Of a stretch of 64,000 nucleotides of DNA, positions 40,294 through 50,247 are shown in pieces. Positions within the stretch are counted from its first letter, which is position 1; each line of letters starts with the position of its first letter. The DNA comes from Rhodospirillales bacterium (GTDB lineage Bacteria; Pseudomonadota; Alphaproteobacteria; SMXQ01), in assembly GCA_018666775.1 (NCBI GenBank), contig JABIXC010000011.1, positions 12,881-76,880 on the forward strand, written 5' to 3'. The position numbers and the translations under genes were made by a program. The notes under the pieces were generated by a model, which was not told the origin of the DNA, did not search any database, and saw only the letters and a program-made list of their open reading frames with translations.

Positions 40294-42873
40294 TTATTTC
40301 TTGATTAAGCGCGCGCGCCGACGCTGCAAAACAACAACGCCCCCCAACAACAACAACGCCAGAATAAACATCCATTCCTTTGATGGACGATCAACAGGGA
40401 CACTGACCGAACGAACCAGCCACCCTGCCTGCAAGCCTGCTTTTTCCGCCGAAGACCCGAAACCAACACTGGCAACACGCACACCATCGGGGCCAGCATT
40501 AATGCGAAGCCCGGCACCCTGAAGACGCTTTTTTGCCGACTGTTTTCTGCCCATGGGCAAAACGACAGACCGGGAAACAATGCCGCCGGTCGCTTTTTCA
40601 CCCCGAGCCAGAAGCCGTAGAAAACCATCATCTGGCAATGATCCCGCAATCTTTTCTAGTTCCACTGCCGGTCGGGCCTGATAGGGCGGATAAACCTCAT
40701 CCCAGAAAAATCCGGGCCTGAACAGGGTAAAGGCCACCAGAAATAGCACCGCGGTTTCCCAGAGACGGCTTTTGGTCATAAACCAGCCCATGGTCGCGGC
40801 CGCAAATACCAGCATAGCAATAAACGCACTGGCCACGGTTAAGACCAGATGCCAACCCCCATCAATGCCGATCAAAAGAATTTGGGTATTGAAGATAAAC
40901 AGGAAGGGCAAGGCAATGGTCCGGGCAGAATAGAAAAATGCCTGAATGCCGGTTCGAATGGGATCGGCACCGGATATGGCCGATGCCGCAAAGGTGGCAA
41001 GGCCAACAGGCGGCGTCACATCGGCCATCAATCCAAAGTAAAACACAAATAAATGCACCGCGATCAACGGCACCATCAACCCGCCCTGGGCAGCCAATGC
41101 CACCACCACCGGTGCCATCAAGGTGGCGACCACAATGTAATTGGCCGTGGTTGGCAAGCCCATGCCAAGGATAAGGCTGATGATGGCGGTGAACACCAGC
41201 ATCAAAACCAGATTGCCGCCGGAAATTAATTCGACAAATTCTGTCATGACAAGGCCAAGCCCGGTCAACGTGACGGCACCAACCACGATGCCCGCCGTGG
41301 CCGTGGCAATGGCAATCCCCACCATGTTCCGCCCACCGGAAACCAGCCCGGCCACAAGATCCCCAACACTGGCAGAAAACGTATCGCCCCAGGAAACTCG
41401 GCCCGTCGCGAACAGCATTTGCAAGGGCCGCTGGGTCAGTAAGATGCCAATCAGGCAAATGGTCGCCCAAAAGGCGCTTAGCGACGGAGAGAACCGCTCT
41501 ATCATCAGGCACCAAACCAAAATCACCACGGGGATCAAATAATAAAGCCCGCCCTTTACTGTTTCGCCAAGGGGTGGCAATTGGGCACCAATGGGCGCAT
41601 CCGCTGCCGGCTGGGGATAGCGCGATGCAAGCCGCAACAGCCCCAAATACGCCCCAAGTAAGATGGCCCCCGCAACCCAGGGCAGTGCATCACCCAAAAG
41701 CCCACGGGTCCAGGCCAGCCCCCAGTAAATGGCACCGGAAAAAGCCAGCACGCCTGAAAGAATCAGGCCATTGGAAATGACCCGGTCCCGCCCGCGAAGC
41801 CTGCCCTCGTGGCGAGGCAAGCCCACAAGCCCGGTTTTCACCGCCTCCAGATGCACAATGTAGAGAAGGGCTGCATAGGAAATGATGGCGGGCAAAAATG
41901 CGTGTTTGATCACCTCGATATAGGGAATCCCCACATACTCGACCATCAAAAATGCAGCCGCCCCCATAACCGGCGGCATGATCTGTCCGTTGACCGAAGA
42001 GGCAACTTCTACCGCCCCGGCCTTATCTGCCGGAAAACCAACCCGCTTCATCAGTGGAATGGTGAATGTGCCGGTGGTCACCACGTTGGCAATGGAAGAC
42101 CCCGAAATCAGGCCCGTTAATCCAGAAGACACCACCGCCGCCTTGGCCGGCCCACCGCGCAGATGGCCCAACCCCGCATAGGAAACGCGAATAAACCATG
42201 CGCCCGCCCCAGCGCGTTCCAGCAACGCGCCAAACAACACAAACAGGAATACAAAATTGGTGGAAACGCCCAAAGCCACCCCAAAGACGCCTTCACTGGA
42301 AAGCCATTGGTGCGACATGGTCTTGGCCAGCGATGCACCCTGATGGGCGATCACCGCAGGCATCCACGGCCCGGCAAACCCATACCCCAGAAAGACAATG
42401 GCAACAATTGCCAGCGGCAGCCCCAATGCGCGCCGGGTGGCTTCCAACAGCAAAACCATGCCCACCGAAGCAATTGCGATATCGGTCAGGATTGGCGCCC
42501 CCGGACGCGATGCCAACGCATCCTGAAAAACAAGAATATAAGCCGCAGCAGATGCCGCCAGAATAGCCAGCACCCAGTCTATCACCGGCACCCGGTCGCG
42601 GGGCGAATGCGCACTGGCGGGGAATGCTGCAAAGGCCAGTAAAAGCGCGAATGTTAAATGGGTTGATCGTGCTTCTACAAAATTCAGATTAAAGACGCCA
42701 AACACAAATGGCAGCGGGGATGCATACCACAGCTGGAACAAAGACCACCCAAGTGCCAGAGAAAACAAAACCCGTTCAGCCATGCCCTTTGGTGCCCGCG
42801 CACCACTATCTGCGGCATGGACCAGTTCATCGACACCAGAACCGGGATTTGTTGTTTCTGTAGTTTCCGTCAT
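40294..42873 (-). CDS. TAXI-type TRAP transporter fused permease (DctQ-DctM fusion) with a C-terminal extension
   Basis: An 859 aa polytopic protein adjacent to a TAXI receptor. The roughly 150 aa C-terminal tail ends in a transmembrane helix. Confidence 0.85.
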   Translation of the reverse strand: MTETTETTNPGSGVDELVHAADSGARAPKGMAERVLFSLALGWSLFQLWYASPLPFVFGVFNLNFVEARSTHLTFALLLAFAAFPASAHSPRDRVPVIDWVLAILAASAAAYILVFQDALASRPGAPILTDIAIASVGMVLLLEATRRALGLPLAIVAIVFLGYGFAGPWMPAVIAHQGASLAKTMSHQWLSSEGVFGVALGVSTNFVFLFVLFGALLERAGAGAWFIRVSYAGLGHLRGGPAKAAVVSSGLTGLISGSSIANVVTTGTFTIPLMKRVGFPADKAGAVEVASSVNGQIMPPVMGAAAFLMVEYVGIPYIEVIKHAFLPAIISYAALLYIVHLEAVKTGLVGLPRHEGRLRGRDRVISNGLILSGVLAFSGAIYWGLAWTRGLLGDALPWVAGAILLGAYLGLLRLASRYPQPAADAPIGAQLPPLGETVKGGLYYLIPVVILVWCLMIERFSPSLSAFWATICLIGILLTQRPLQMLFATGRVSWGDTFSASVGDLVAGLVSGGRNMVGIAIATATAGIVVGAVTLTGLGLVMTEFVELISGGNLVLMLVFTAIISLILGMGLPTTANYIVVATLMAPVVVALAAQGGLMVPLIAVHLFVFYFGLMADVTPPVGLATFAASAISGADPIRTGIQAFFYSARTIALPFLFIFNTQILLIGIDGGWHLVLTVASAFIAMLVFAAATMGWFMTKSRLWETAVLFLVAFTLFRPGFFWDEVYPPYQARPAVELEKIAGSLPDDGFLRLLARGEKATGGIVSRSVVLPMGRKQSAKKRLQGAGLRINAGPDGVRVASVGFGSSAEKAGLQAGWLVRSVSVPVDRPSKEWMFILALLLLGGVVVLQRRRARLIKK

Positions 42874-42883
42874 TATCCGGAAA

Positions 42884-43885
42884 CTACATCATGCCCTTTT
42901 CCTTGAAGTAACGGGCAGCCCCATCATGAAGCGGGGCAGAATTGCCGTCTTTGGCAAGGCGTTTCGGATCAAGATGACCAAATGCCGGATGCAATTTTTT
43001 GAACGCGGCAAAATTATCAAACACTGATTTGACCACATGATAAATGATATCTGCACTGGTCCGGGTCGATGCAACAAAGGTGGCTTTCACCCCAAACGTT
43101 GGAACGCCGCTGGCATTGCCCTTGTACATGCCGCCAGGAATGGTGGCCTTGGCATAATAGGGTGCCTTCGCAACCAATTTATCAATGGCAGCCCCTGTTA
43201 CCGGGATCAATGCCGTATCACAGGCTGTGGTTGCTTCCTGGATCGACCCATTGGGATGGCCCACCACATAAACGATGGCGTCCACCTTGTTGTCACACAA
43301 TGCCTGGGACTGTTCCGCAGGCTTCAATTCTGATGCCAGGGAAAAGTCCTTCGCGGTCCAGCCCATGGCACCCATAACAACTTCCATGGTCGCCCGCTGG
43401 CCAGAACCGGGATTGCCGATATTCATACGCTTGCCTTTAAGGTCCCCCAACGTCTTGATGCCAGAATCGCGGCGCGCCACCAGGGTAAAGGCCTCAGGGT
43501 GGACGGAAAACACCGATCGCAATTCTTTGAAAGCGCCCGATTTTGCAAATTTCGAACTGCCCCGTGATGCGTGATATTGCCAATCTGACTGGGCGATGCC
43601 CATATCCAGGTCACCGGAACGAATGGCATTGATATTATAAACCGATCCCCCGGTGCTTTCGACCGTGCACCGCACACCGTGTTCCTTGCGCCCCTTGTTG
43701 ACCAACCGACAGATTGCACCGCCTGTGGGATAATAAACACCAGTCACACCACCGGTGCCAATGGTCACAAATTTCTGGCCGCCCTGATTGGACCCGCCGT
43801 TCATATTCAGCCCGCCGCCAAACAGAGCCCAAGCCCCAACAGCAACGATTGCGACAATAATGATGACAACAACATTCTTATTCAT
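42884..43885 (-). CDS. TRAP transporter solute receptor, TAXI family
   Basis: Signal peptide and the TAXI fold motifs ([19 protein letters not shown]). Confidence 0.85.
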   Translation of the reverse strand: MNKNVVVIIIVAIVAVGAWALFGGGLNMNGGSNQGGQKFVTIGTGGVTGVYYPTGGAICRLVNKGRKEHGVRCTVESTGGSVYNINAIRSGDLDMGIAQSDWQYHASRGSSKFAKSGAFKELRSVFSVHPEAFTLVARRDSGIKTLGDLKGKRMNIGNPGSGQRATMEVVMGAMGWTAKDFSLASELKPAEQSQALCDNKVDAIVYVVGHPNGSIQEATTACDTALIPVTGAAIDKLVAKAPYYAKATIPGGMYKGNASGVPTFGVKATFVASTRTSADIIYHVVKSVFDNFAAFKKLHPAFGHLDPKRLAKDGNSAPLHDGAARYFKEKGMM

Positions 43886-44029
43886 AACAAATATCTCCCA
43901 TTGGCCTTTATGCCGGGTTGCGGGTAACTTGGGAACAGTCTAACAGAAAATGAGGCCATGCAAACCCGGCCAAACACAATGCCCTTCAGCGGCCTTCAGG
44001 GGGCCCTCAAACTAAGGATTTTTGGTTTT

Positions 44030-44557
44030 ATGGACTTAAAGCAACACATCCGTTCAATCCCGGACTTTCCCAAACCCGGAATACTTTTCTACGATATTGC
44101 CACCTTGCTTGCCCATAGCGAAGCCTGGAAAAGCACGATTGATCAATTGGCAGAGATCATACGCCCCATGAAACCCACAGCCCTTGCAGGCATTGAATCT
44201 CGGGGCTTTCTAGTGGCAGCCCCCCTTGCCCTGCATTTGGGACTGGGATTCTTCATGATCCGCAAAAGCGGCAAACTACCCGGCCCCACCATTGCCCATG
44301 AATATGCGCTTGAATACGGGACCGACACCATCGAAATTCAGGAAGATGCCGTCAAGGCAGATGATCGCATTGTGGTCCTTGATGACCTTCTTGCTACCGG
44401 CGGGACGCTTGCGGCTTCCATCGACCTGATCCACCAACAAGGTGCTGATAACGGGGCAAAGGTTGTCGGGGCTGCGTGTGTTGTCGAGTTAACGTTTCTC
44501 GATGGCCGTCAACGTCTCGACGTGCCGTTTGAATCTCTGGTGACTTACGATTCCTGA
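44030..44557 (+). CDS. apt: adenine phosphoribosyltransferase
   Basis: [18 protein letters not shown] and the PRPP motif [12 protein letters not shown]. The start is at the ATG with an AAGGA site 10 nt upstream. Confidence 0.9.
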   Translation: MDLKQHIRSIPDFPKPGILFYDIATLLAHSEAWKSTIDQLAEIIRPMKPTALAGIESRGFLVAAPLALHLGLGFFMIRKSGKLPGPTIAHEYALEYGTDTIEIQEDAVKADDRIVVLDDLLATGGTLAASIDLIHQQGADNGAKVVGAACVVELTFLDGRQRLDVPFESLVTYDS

Positions 44558-44562
44558 AATAT

Positions 44563-44970
44563 TTAAGACTTTTCCGGGCCTAAGGCTTCGGTGACAAACC
44601 GTGCAAGGGCTTTCAGGGGAACCGGCTTTTCGATCACGGCAAAGATGCTGGCGTCTTCCTGATGCGCCTTATAGATATATTCGGGATACCCAGACATCAA
44701 GATCACCTTGGGCTGGTAATCCAGCTTGCTGACCAGCCGAGAAACGTGAATACCGTCAAGCCCGGGCATTTTCATATCCATCACAACCACTGCAGGACGG
44801 GTATTCTTGATTTCATGGAAAGCCGCAAAGCCATTATCAGCAACAATCACATCAATACCGCGCCGGGTAAGAAACTCCGTGATCTCACCTTGCTGTAAGG
44901 GATCATCATCAACCACCAAAACCTTGGTGCTGACGGCTCTGCTTTCCCCGCTGGTTTCCATATTTATCAT
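44563..44970 (-). CDS. single-domain response regulator (receiver)
   Basis: VLVVDDDP, VVVMDMKMPGLDG and EKP motifs, immediately downstream of the histidine kinase. Confidence 0.85.
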   Translation of the reverse strand: MINMETSGESRAVSTKVLVVDDDPLQQGEITEFLTRRGIDVIVADNGFAAFHEIKNTRPAVVVMDMKMPGLDGIHVSRLVSKLDYQPKVILMSGYPEYIYKAHQEDASIFAVIEKPVPLKALARFVTEALGPEKS

Positions 44971-45019
44971 TTTTCTTGCCGCCTAAAGTTTAAATTGGGG
45001 TATCAAACACAGCTTTCGC

Positions 45020-46582
45020 TTAAATCCCCGGATCATGGTTTACATCATGATCTGCTTCCACTTTTGGAAGGACTAGCGTGAAGATGGCACCCCCACCAAA
45101 ATTTTCAACCTTAATCTGCCCCCCCATTGCATTAATGATGCCAAAGCTGATGGACAAACCAAGCCCGGTTCCTTTGGTCACTTCCTTGGTCGTGAAAAAA
45201 GGATCAAAAATACGCTCTATCACATCGTCGGGAATTCCCCCGCCATTATCCTTAACCTGAATGACCACGCCATCACGGCGGCTATCCAAAATGACATCAA
45301 TCCGCCCAGAAGTTCCCGGGTTTCTATCCATATTTTCAGGCTGATTCTCGACAATGGCATCCCGGGCATTGGTCATAAAGTTGATAAGCACCTGGGCCAG
45401 TTCATTGCGACTTCCAAGAATCCGAAGGGGGGTATCATCCAAATCTAGGGTCACAATAATGCCGTCATCGACAAACTGAAGCGCCAAAAGGGAACAGGCA
45501 TCCCTGATCGATTCCCGGGGGTCAATAATGTCCAAAGGCCCTTCGCTACGGCCAACCACACACATGCGCTGAATCATTTCGCCCATTTTGGCCGACTGTT
45601 CAGAGATCATTCGTAATTTAGAGAGTTCAAATTCTTGATTAGAAAAGCCATCTTCGATGGCATGTTGTGCATTTTCTGATGCCAGACGAATGGTATTAAG
45701 GGGCTGGTTCAATTCATGGGCCATGCCCACGGCCATTTCACCAAGGGTGGCAAGCCTGGATACTTCGGAAACCTGTTTCAAGTTCACCGACACTTCCTCC
45801 AATGTCTTGGCAAGCTCTCCTAATTCACCGGCCCCGTTTGGCGGCGGCGTTTCATCATATCGACCAACCCCGATGCGCCGGGCATACCGTGCTAGTTTGT
45901 GAATAAATCCTGATAGGTTGCGAACCATCATCAGACTGATGCCAAGACCAAGGAGCCCAATCACGGCAGCAATCACGGCAGCAATCACACTATAAATTGT
46001 CAGAAATTTCTGGCCGCTTTCTTTTGTGATATCCCCGATATGGCCCGTGACGGTCTTGATGCTGCCCTTGATGCGTTCAAGGGAAAGCCCTAATTTCACG
46101 CACCCGATCAGCTTTGTTCCCAGTTGCACCGGGGCCACCAAATGCAACACTGAACCATCATTGCCCGAAACCACATGTCCCGCAGCCAACCCCCGGGCCA
46201 CAGCCTGTTTTCCCATTGGGGCATTTTTATATGCAATGCTGGATGAGCCACGTTCGGCAAGAACCCTGTTCTGGGGATCCAGCACCGCCACATAAAGAAC
46301 ACCGGGTTGGCCAGACAGAGCCTTGACATGCTCTTCTATGATGCTGATCTCTAGTCGGTAAACATGCTCAATCAGAGACGTCGCAAGCAAGCGAGAAAGG
46401 CTCTCACCCTTGATTTTCGTTTGACGATAGAGCGAGGAGGATACTGCCTCTGTGGTCGCCTGCGAAACGCTGGAAACCATGGTGCGGAATTCAAACAGAT
46501 GCGCCACAGACATCAGCCCGACGATTGTCACCACCAAGGCAATGACAAAAATGGAATAACGGGCCTGAAGACCAAGTTTCAT
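45020..46582 (-). CDS. sensor histidine kinase with a periplasmic sensing domain
   Basis: Two transmembrane helices flank a periplasmic domain of about 160 aa. An H-box (MAHELNQPL) and HATPase motifs (DNGGGIP, GTGLGL) follow. Confidence 0.85.
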   Translation of the reverse strand: MKLGLQARYSIFVIALVVTIVGLMSVAHLFEFRTMVSSVSQATTEAVSSSLYRQTKIKGESLSRLLATSLIEHVYRLEISIIEEHVKALSGQPGVLYVAVLDPQNRVLAERGSSSIAYKNAPMGKQAVARGLAAGHVVSGNDGSVLHLVAPVQLGTKLIGCVKLGLSLERIKGSIKTVTGHIGDITKESGQKFLTIYSVIAAVIAAVIGLLGLGISLMMVRNLSGFIHKLARYARRIGVGRYDETPPPNGAGELGELAKTLEEVSVNLKQVSEVSRLATLGEMAVGMAHELNQPLNTIRLASENAQHAIEDGFSNQEFELSKLRMISEQSAKMGEMIQRMCVVGRSEGPLDIIDPRESIRDACSLLALQFVDDGIIVTLDLDDTPLRILGSRNELAQVLINFMTNARDAIVENQPENMDRNPGTSGRIDVILDSRRDGVVIQVKDNGGGIPDDVIERIFDPFFTTKEVTKGTGLGLSISFGIINAMGGQIKVENFGGGAIFTLVLPKVEADHDVNHDPGI

Positions 46583-46586
46583 AAAA

Positions 46587-47666
46587 CTACTTTAAAAGGT
46601 CTTTGATTGATCGGTAAAGCTTCCTTGCATCCATAAGCGCCATGGCTGATTTTCCTGTTAATTTGGAATAACGGCTGACTCTATAATGTTTTTCTCGCAA
46701 TTCTTCCGCTTTCGGGTCCGTCGCAAATTGCAAATGGGCTTTTTCGATCGCCCGGACCATATCAGGGGCCATATCACCCCGGACAAGAACCAGAGACCGA
46801 ATGACCGGTTGCGACGTGAATAAAATCCGCAAATCCTTCTTAAAGCGAAGCGGCGTTTGATTTTGCCGATCCCAATCCAGATTTGACACAGCCCCCCCAT
46901 CAACACGGCCACGGGCAACCCAGGCTGAAACATTTTTTTCATCCCCAGCAAACACATATCCAATCCGCCCTGCGGGCACCGGATCTCTGGCGTTGGCAAG
47001 AGCAACCATTTGCAATCCTTGTTCGCGCAATTTGGCCATGGGGAGTAAAAAGCTGGTTGTCGAGCCAGGGTCCTCAAACACAAGCCGCTTACCTTTCAAA
47101 TCGGCAAGCGTTCCTATGGTGCTCATACGGGAAACAACGAATATGGAATTATAACTGGCCTTTCCCCCACGCCATTCGTGCAAAAGAATTTTGGCACCCG
47201 TTTGGGCCTCTAACGAAAGCGCCAAAAAAACGCTCTCGGTGATGAGGTCAACACGCCCGGTGCGCAATAGATTTTTCATTTCCGCACCATTGCGCGTCAC
47301 AATAACCCTGCTCGCCCGAATGCCCTGATGCTTTAACAATGGCACAATCCACCTGGCCGCTGCCTCAAGACGAGGGATAACCCGTCGTGCCCGACCAGAA
47401 ACCCGGCCAATAATAAATGTCTGGCTTCGGGGAATGGCTTCGACACCCTGTTCAGGATGATCCAGAATTTGTTGTGCCAAAATTTGCTGTGTAGGGAATT
47501 GGGAAACAGAGAATGGAGCTTCTTTCTGCTGGCCTAGCTGCTGGCCTAGCTGCTGGCCTAGCTGCTGGCCTAGCTGCTGGCCTGGCGCGGCAAACGCCTC
47601 ATGGACGAGCACGCCGCCCAACAGAGGGAAAAACAGAACAATAATGCCAAGCAACCTGCCGAACAT
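46587..47666 (-). CDS. PhnD/SsuA-like periplasmic solute-binding protein, likely co-sensor for the adjacent kinase, with an N-terminal (QQLG)n linker
   Basis: Signal peptide MFGRLLGIIVLFFPLLGG, then AAPGQQLGQQLGQQLGQQLGQQ, then a PBP type-2 fold. It is separated from the kinase gene by only 4 bp. The longer ORF beginning at 47798 is probably a start-codon artefact. Confidence 0.65.
   Translation of the reverse strand: MFGRLLGIIVLFFPLLGGVLVHEAFAAPGQQLGQQLGQQLGQQLGQQKEAPFSVSQFPTQQILAQQILDHPEQGVEAIPRSQTFIIGRVSGRARRVIPRLEAAARWIVPLLKHQGIRASRVIVTRNGAEMKNLLRTGRVDLITESVFLALSLEAQTGAKILLHEWRGGKASYNSIFVVSRMSTIGTLADLKGKRLVFEDPGSTTSFLLPMAKLREQGLQMVALANARDPVPAGRIGYVFAGDEKNVSAWVARGRVDGGAVSNLDWDRQNQTPLRFKKDLRILFTSQPVIRSLVLVRGDMAPDMVRAIEKAHLQFATDPKAEELREKHYRVSRYSKLTGKSAMALMDARKLYRSIKDLLK
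47526..47586 (-). repeat. coding 12-bp tandem repeat (CTGCTGGCCTAG on the plus strand, about 4.5 units) encoding (QQLG)n
   Basis: Read directly in the sequence. Confidence 0.85.
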
Positions 47667-47894
47667 ATCTGCCGCATCCTTTCTGGCCTTGTGGTCAACA
47701 AATCCCACGACAATTCTGACCCCGGTTTTGCCTGTCTTTTCAACACTACGGCCGAGACCAAACCTCCAGACAACCATGTCCCTTGGAACTATGGCCACCC
47801 TAGGTTACAGTAACAACCTAAAAAATGTTTGAATCCTTCTGCCCAAACAAGGGCAACACCCAACTGCCACAGAGGCAACCATGAGAGGCCCAAC

Positions 47895-48660
47895 ATGAAA
47901 AAAAACACTTTCCATCGTCGCTCTTGCCGTCCTTACCATCAGTGTTGGGGCAGCCATTTATCTCTATCTGTCTTTTGGCACTCTGGTAAAATCGGGTGTT
48001 GAAAGCTATGGGCCTAAATTCACCCAGACCAAAGTCACCCTTGGTGGGGTTCAAGCATCCCTGTTCGGCGGAAAAGTCGGAATATCAGATTTGTTTATTG
48101 GCAACCCCAAGGGGTTCAAAACCAACCACGCCTTCAAGGTGGGGACAGTCCGGGTTGTTGTCGATCGCGGCACACTGGCCAGCGATGTGATTCACATCAA
48201 GGAAATTACCATCGATGCCCCAGACATCATCTATGAAAAGGGCAAGGGTGGATCCAATTTTGATGTCATTCAGAAAAATGTTGCCGAGGCTGCCAATGAC
48301 AAAGGCAAGACCGAAAAAAGCGAAACAGACGCAGACAAGGGCGAGGGGCCAAAGCTGGTTATCGATAATCTATACATTCGCAATGCCAAAGTAGCCTTCA
48401 GTGCAAGTTTCCTTGGCGGCAAGGTCATTCCCATTCCCATGCCTGACATTCACCTGAAAGATATCGGCAAGGAAAAAAAGGGCGCAAGCCCTGCAGACGT
48501 TGCGAAGAAAGTCATCGACAAGCTTACGGGTTCCATTACCGGAGCGGTGGCTGGCATTAATATGGATGCAATCAAAAAACAAACCGAGGCCATTACCGAA
48601 GGCGCAAAAGGTGCGCTGGAAGACGTAACCAAAGGCATCAAGGGCCTGTTTGGGAAATAG
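47895..48660 (+). pseudogene. membrane-anchored hypothetical protein interrupted by a +1 frameshift at an A8 homopolymer (47898-47905); alternatively a sequencing error or a slippage-prone tract
   Basis: The ATG at 47895 is followed by A8. With A7 the frame reads MKKTLSIVALAVLTISVGAAIYLYL... continuously into the 48091-48660 ORF. As it stands, the start-frame hits a stop after 33 codons. Confidence 0.45.
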
Positions 48661-48682
48661 ACCAGCTGTAAAAGTCAGGGTT

Positions 48683-49228
48683 TCAGTCGAACAATTCGTC
48701 CACGGCCGACTGGTCAAGGGTGGATGCTGCGGCTTTGTCTTTCGTCTCAGTGGCATCTAATTGATCGAATGTCACGATGGCACCGTTTATGATTGATCCT
48801 GCAGATTCCTGTAATGCCCTGAGGGCTGGCAGGGTTGATGCAACAACTTCGCGCAGAATATCGTCATTGCCACCTGACAGCGCTTTTTCGGCTGCCTCAA
48901 TCCCTTCGAACAATGCAACATCAAGCCGGGCCGTCACCGTATCAAACGGCACGCGGTAACAATCAGGGGCATGTTCATAGGCCTTTATTGCCAAATCACG
49001 GTCGGAAAAACCGGAATAACGAAAATGATTCACATATGATTTTGGACGCCATGCCTTCACATCTTCCAGGCAATCAGGCATGTCAGGCAGCATCTCATAC
49101 ATCATCATCACTTCGTTATAATGATTGAGATAGTCCGTCGCGAGCATGCTTTGCTCGTTGATATTCGTGCCCGCAAGCGCCGCCTGAACAGCTTTGCTTT
49201 CAACAATATGGGAACGTTTTGTATTCAT
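48683..49228 (-). CDS. hypothetical protein
   Basis: ORF with a start at the internal Met (MNTKRSHIVESK...). No recognisable family. Confidence 0.4.
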   Translation of the reverse strand: MNTKRSHIVESKAVQAALAGTNINEQSMLATDYLNHYNEVMMMYEMLPDMPDCLEDVKAWRPKSYVNHFRYSGFSDRDLAIKAYEHAPDCYRVPFDTVTARLDVALFEGIEAAEKALSGGNDDILREVVASTLPALRALQESAGSIINGAIVTFDQLDATETKDKAAASTLDQSAVDELFD

Positions 49229-49365
49229 TTCTTCCTTCCAGATTCTTCTAAAGAAGAAAATCTCACCACACAAACAACCATACCATCTTAACCGCCCCCG
49301 GTTTCTGGCAGGTTAACGATTGCCCGTTTAAAAGCATCTTATAAAAATTATTAAAAATCAGGGTG

Positions 49366-50145
49366 TTAGCAGCTATCACACCGCTTGCGCGCCGCAACAA
49401 CCAATTGTCGGAGGGTCGCTAAATCTACAAATCCGGGCATCATCACGTCGCCAATAATGAATGCGGGCGTGCCCGTTATGCCCAACCGTTCAGCCAGCAT
49501 TTTGCTCTCACCAATCACGTGATCAATACGCGGGTCTATCATATCTGCACGCAACCGGGGAACATCCATCCCAAGTGAACGCGCCATTCCCATGACAGTG
49601 GCATCACTAAATTCGCCCCGGTGCCCCATGAGTTTTTCATGCATTTTCTGATATTTTCCCTGAGCAACCGATGCGATCGCAGCACGCGCAGCGAAAACCG
49701 AAGGCGGTCCCAAAATGGGAAATTCCTTGAACACCACCCGAATATTGGGATCAGATTTCAACAAGGCAAGAACCGGTGCCAACGACCGTTTGCAATAGGG
49801 ACAGCGGTAATCAAAAAATTCGACGATTGTAACATCGCCCTTTGGGTTGCCTAGAACGGGCAAGCCGCGGCCTTCACGGATCAATTTCTTGTGGGCCGTC
49901 ATGATTTGCACACGCTGTGCATTCATCGCCGCATCACGGTGCTGTTCCAGTGCCTGGATGGCATCTGTAATCATGGTCGGGTTCGCCAAAATGGCACCGC
50001 GCACCCGTTGCCCAAAATGATTGTCCGGAATATTTCCAGAATTTGGCGCATTTGAGGGCAGCGTTAAGGGCACCATTACCAAAGCCCCAACGACCACAAC
50101 CACCAAAACAGCGACCAGCGCCACAAACCGTGCCTTCATAAACAA
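49366..50145 (-). CDS. DsbA-family thiol:disulfide oxidoreductase (membrane-anchored)
   Basis: N-terminal transmembrane helix and a CPYC active site within a thioredoxin fold. Confidence 0.8.
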   Translation of the reverse strand: MFMKARFVALVAVLVVVVVGALVMVPLTLPSNAPNSGNIPDNHFGQRVRGAILANPTMITDAIQALEQHRDAAMNAQRVQIMTAHKKLIREGRGLPVLGNPKGDVTIVEFFDYRCPYCKRSLAPVLALLKSDPNIRVVFKEFPILGPPSVFAARAAIASVAQGKYQKMHEKLMGHRGEFSDATVMGMARSLGMDVPRLRADMIDPRIDHVIGESKMLAERLGITGTPAFIIGDVMMPGFVDLATLRQLVVAARKRCDSC

Positions 50146-50247
50146 CCCCTAACCCAATAAACAAAGAATTTTTAAGCACTCAGAAAACGCAGTATAACAT
50201 GGTGATACTTTTATTGATCAGCTATTCAGTGCCAGAGAGGGAGCCTC

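Noticed and set aside
46587-47798. Full 403 aa version of the binding-protein ORF
   Set aside because: The first 44 residues precede an obvious signal peptide starting at Met45, so the start is probably the internal ATG.
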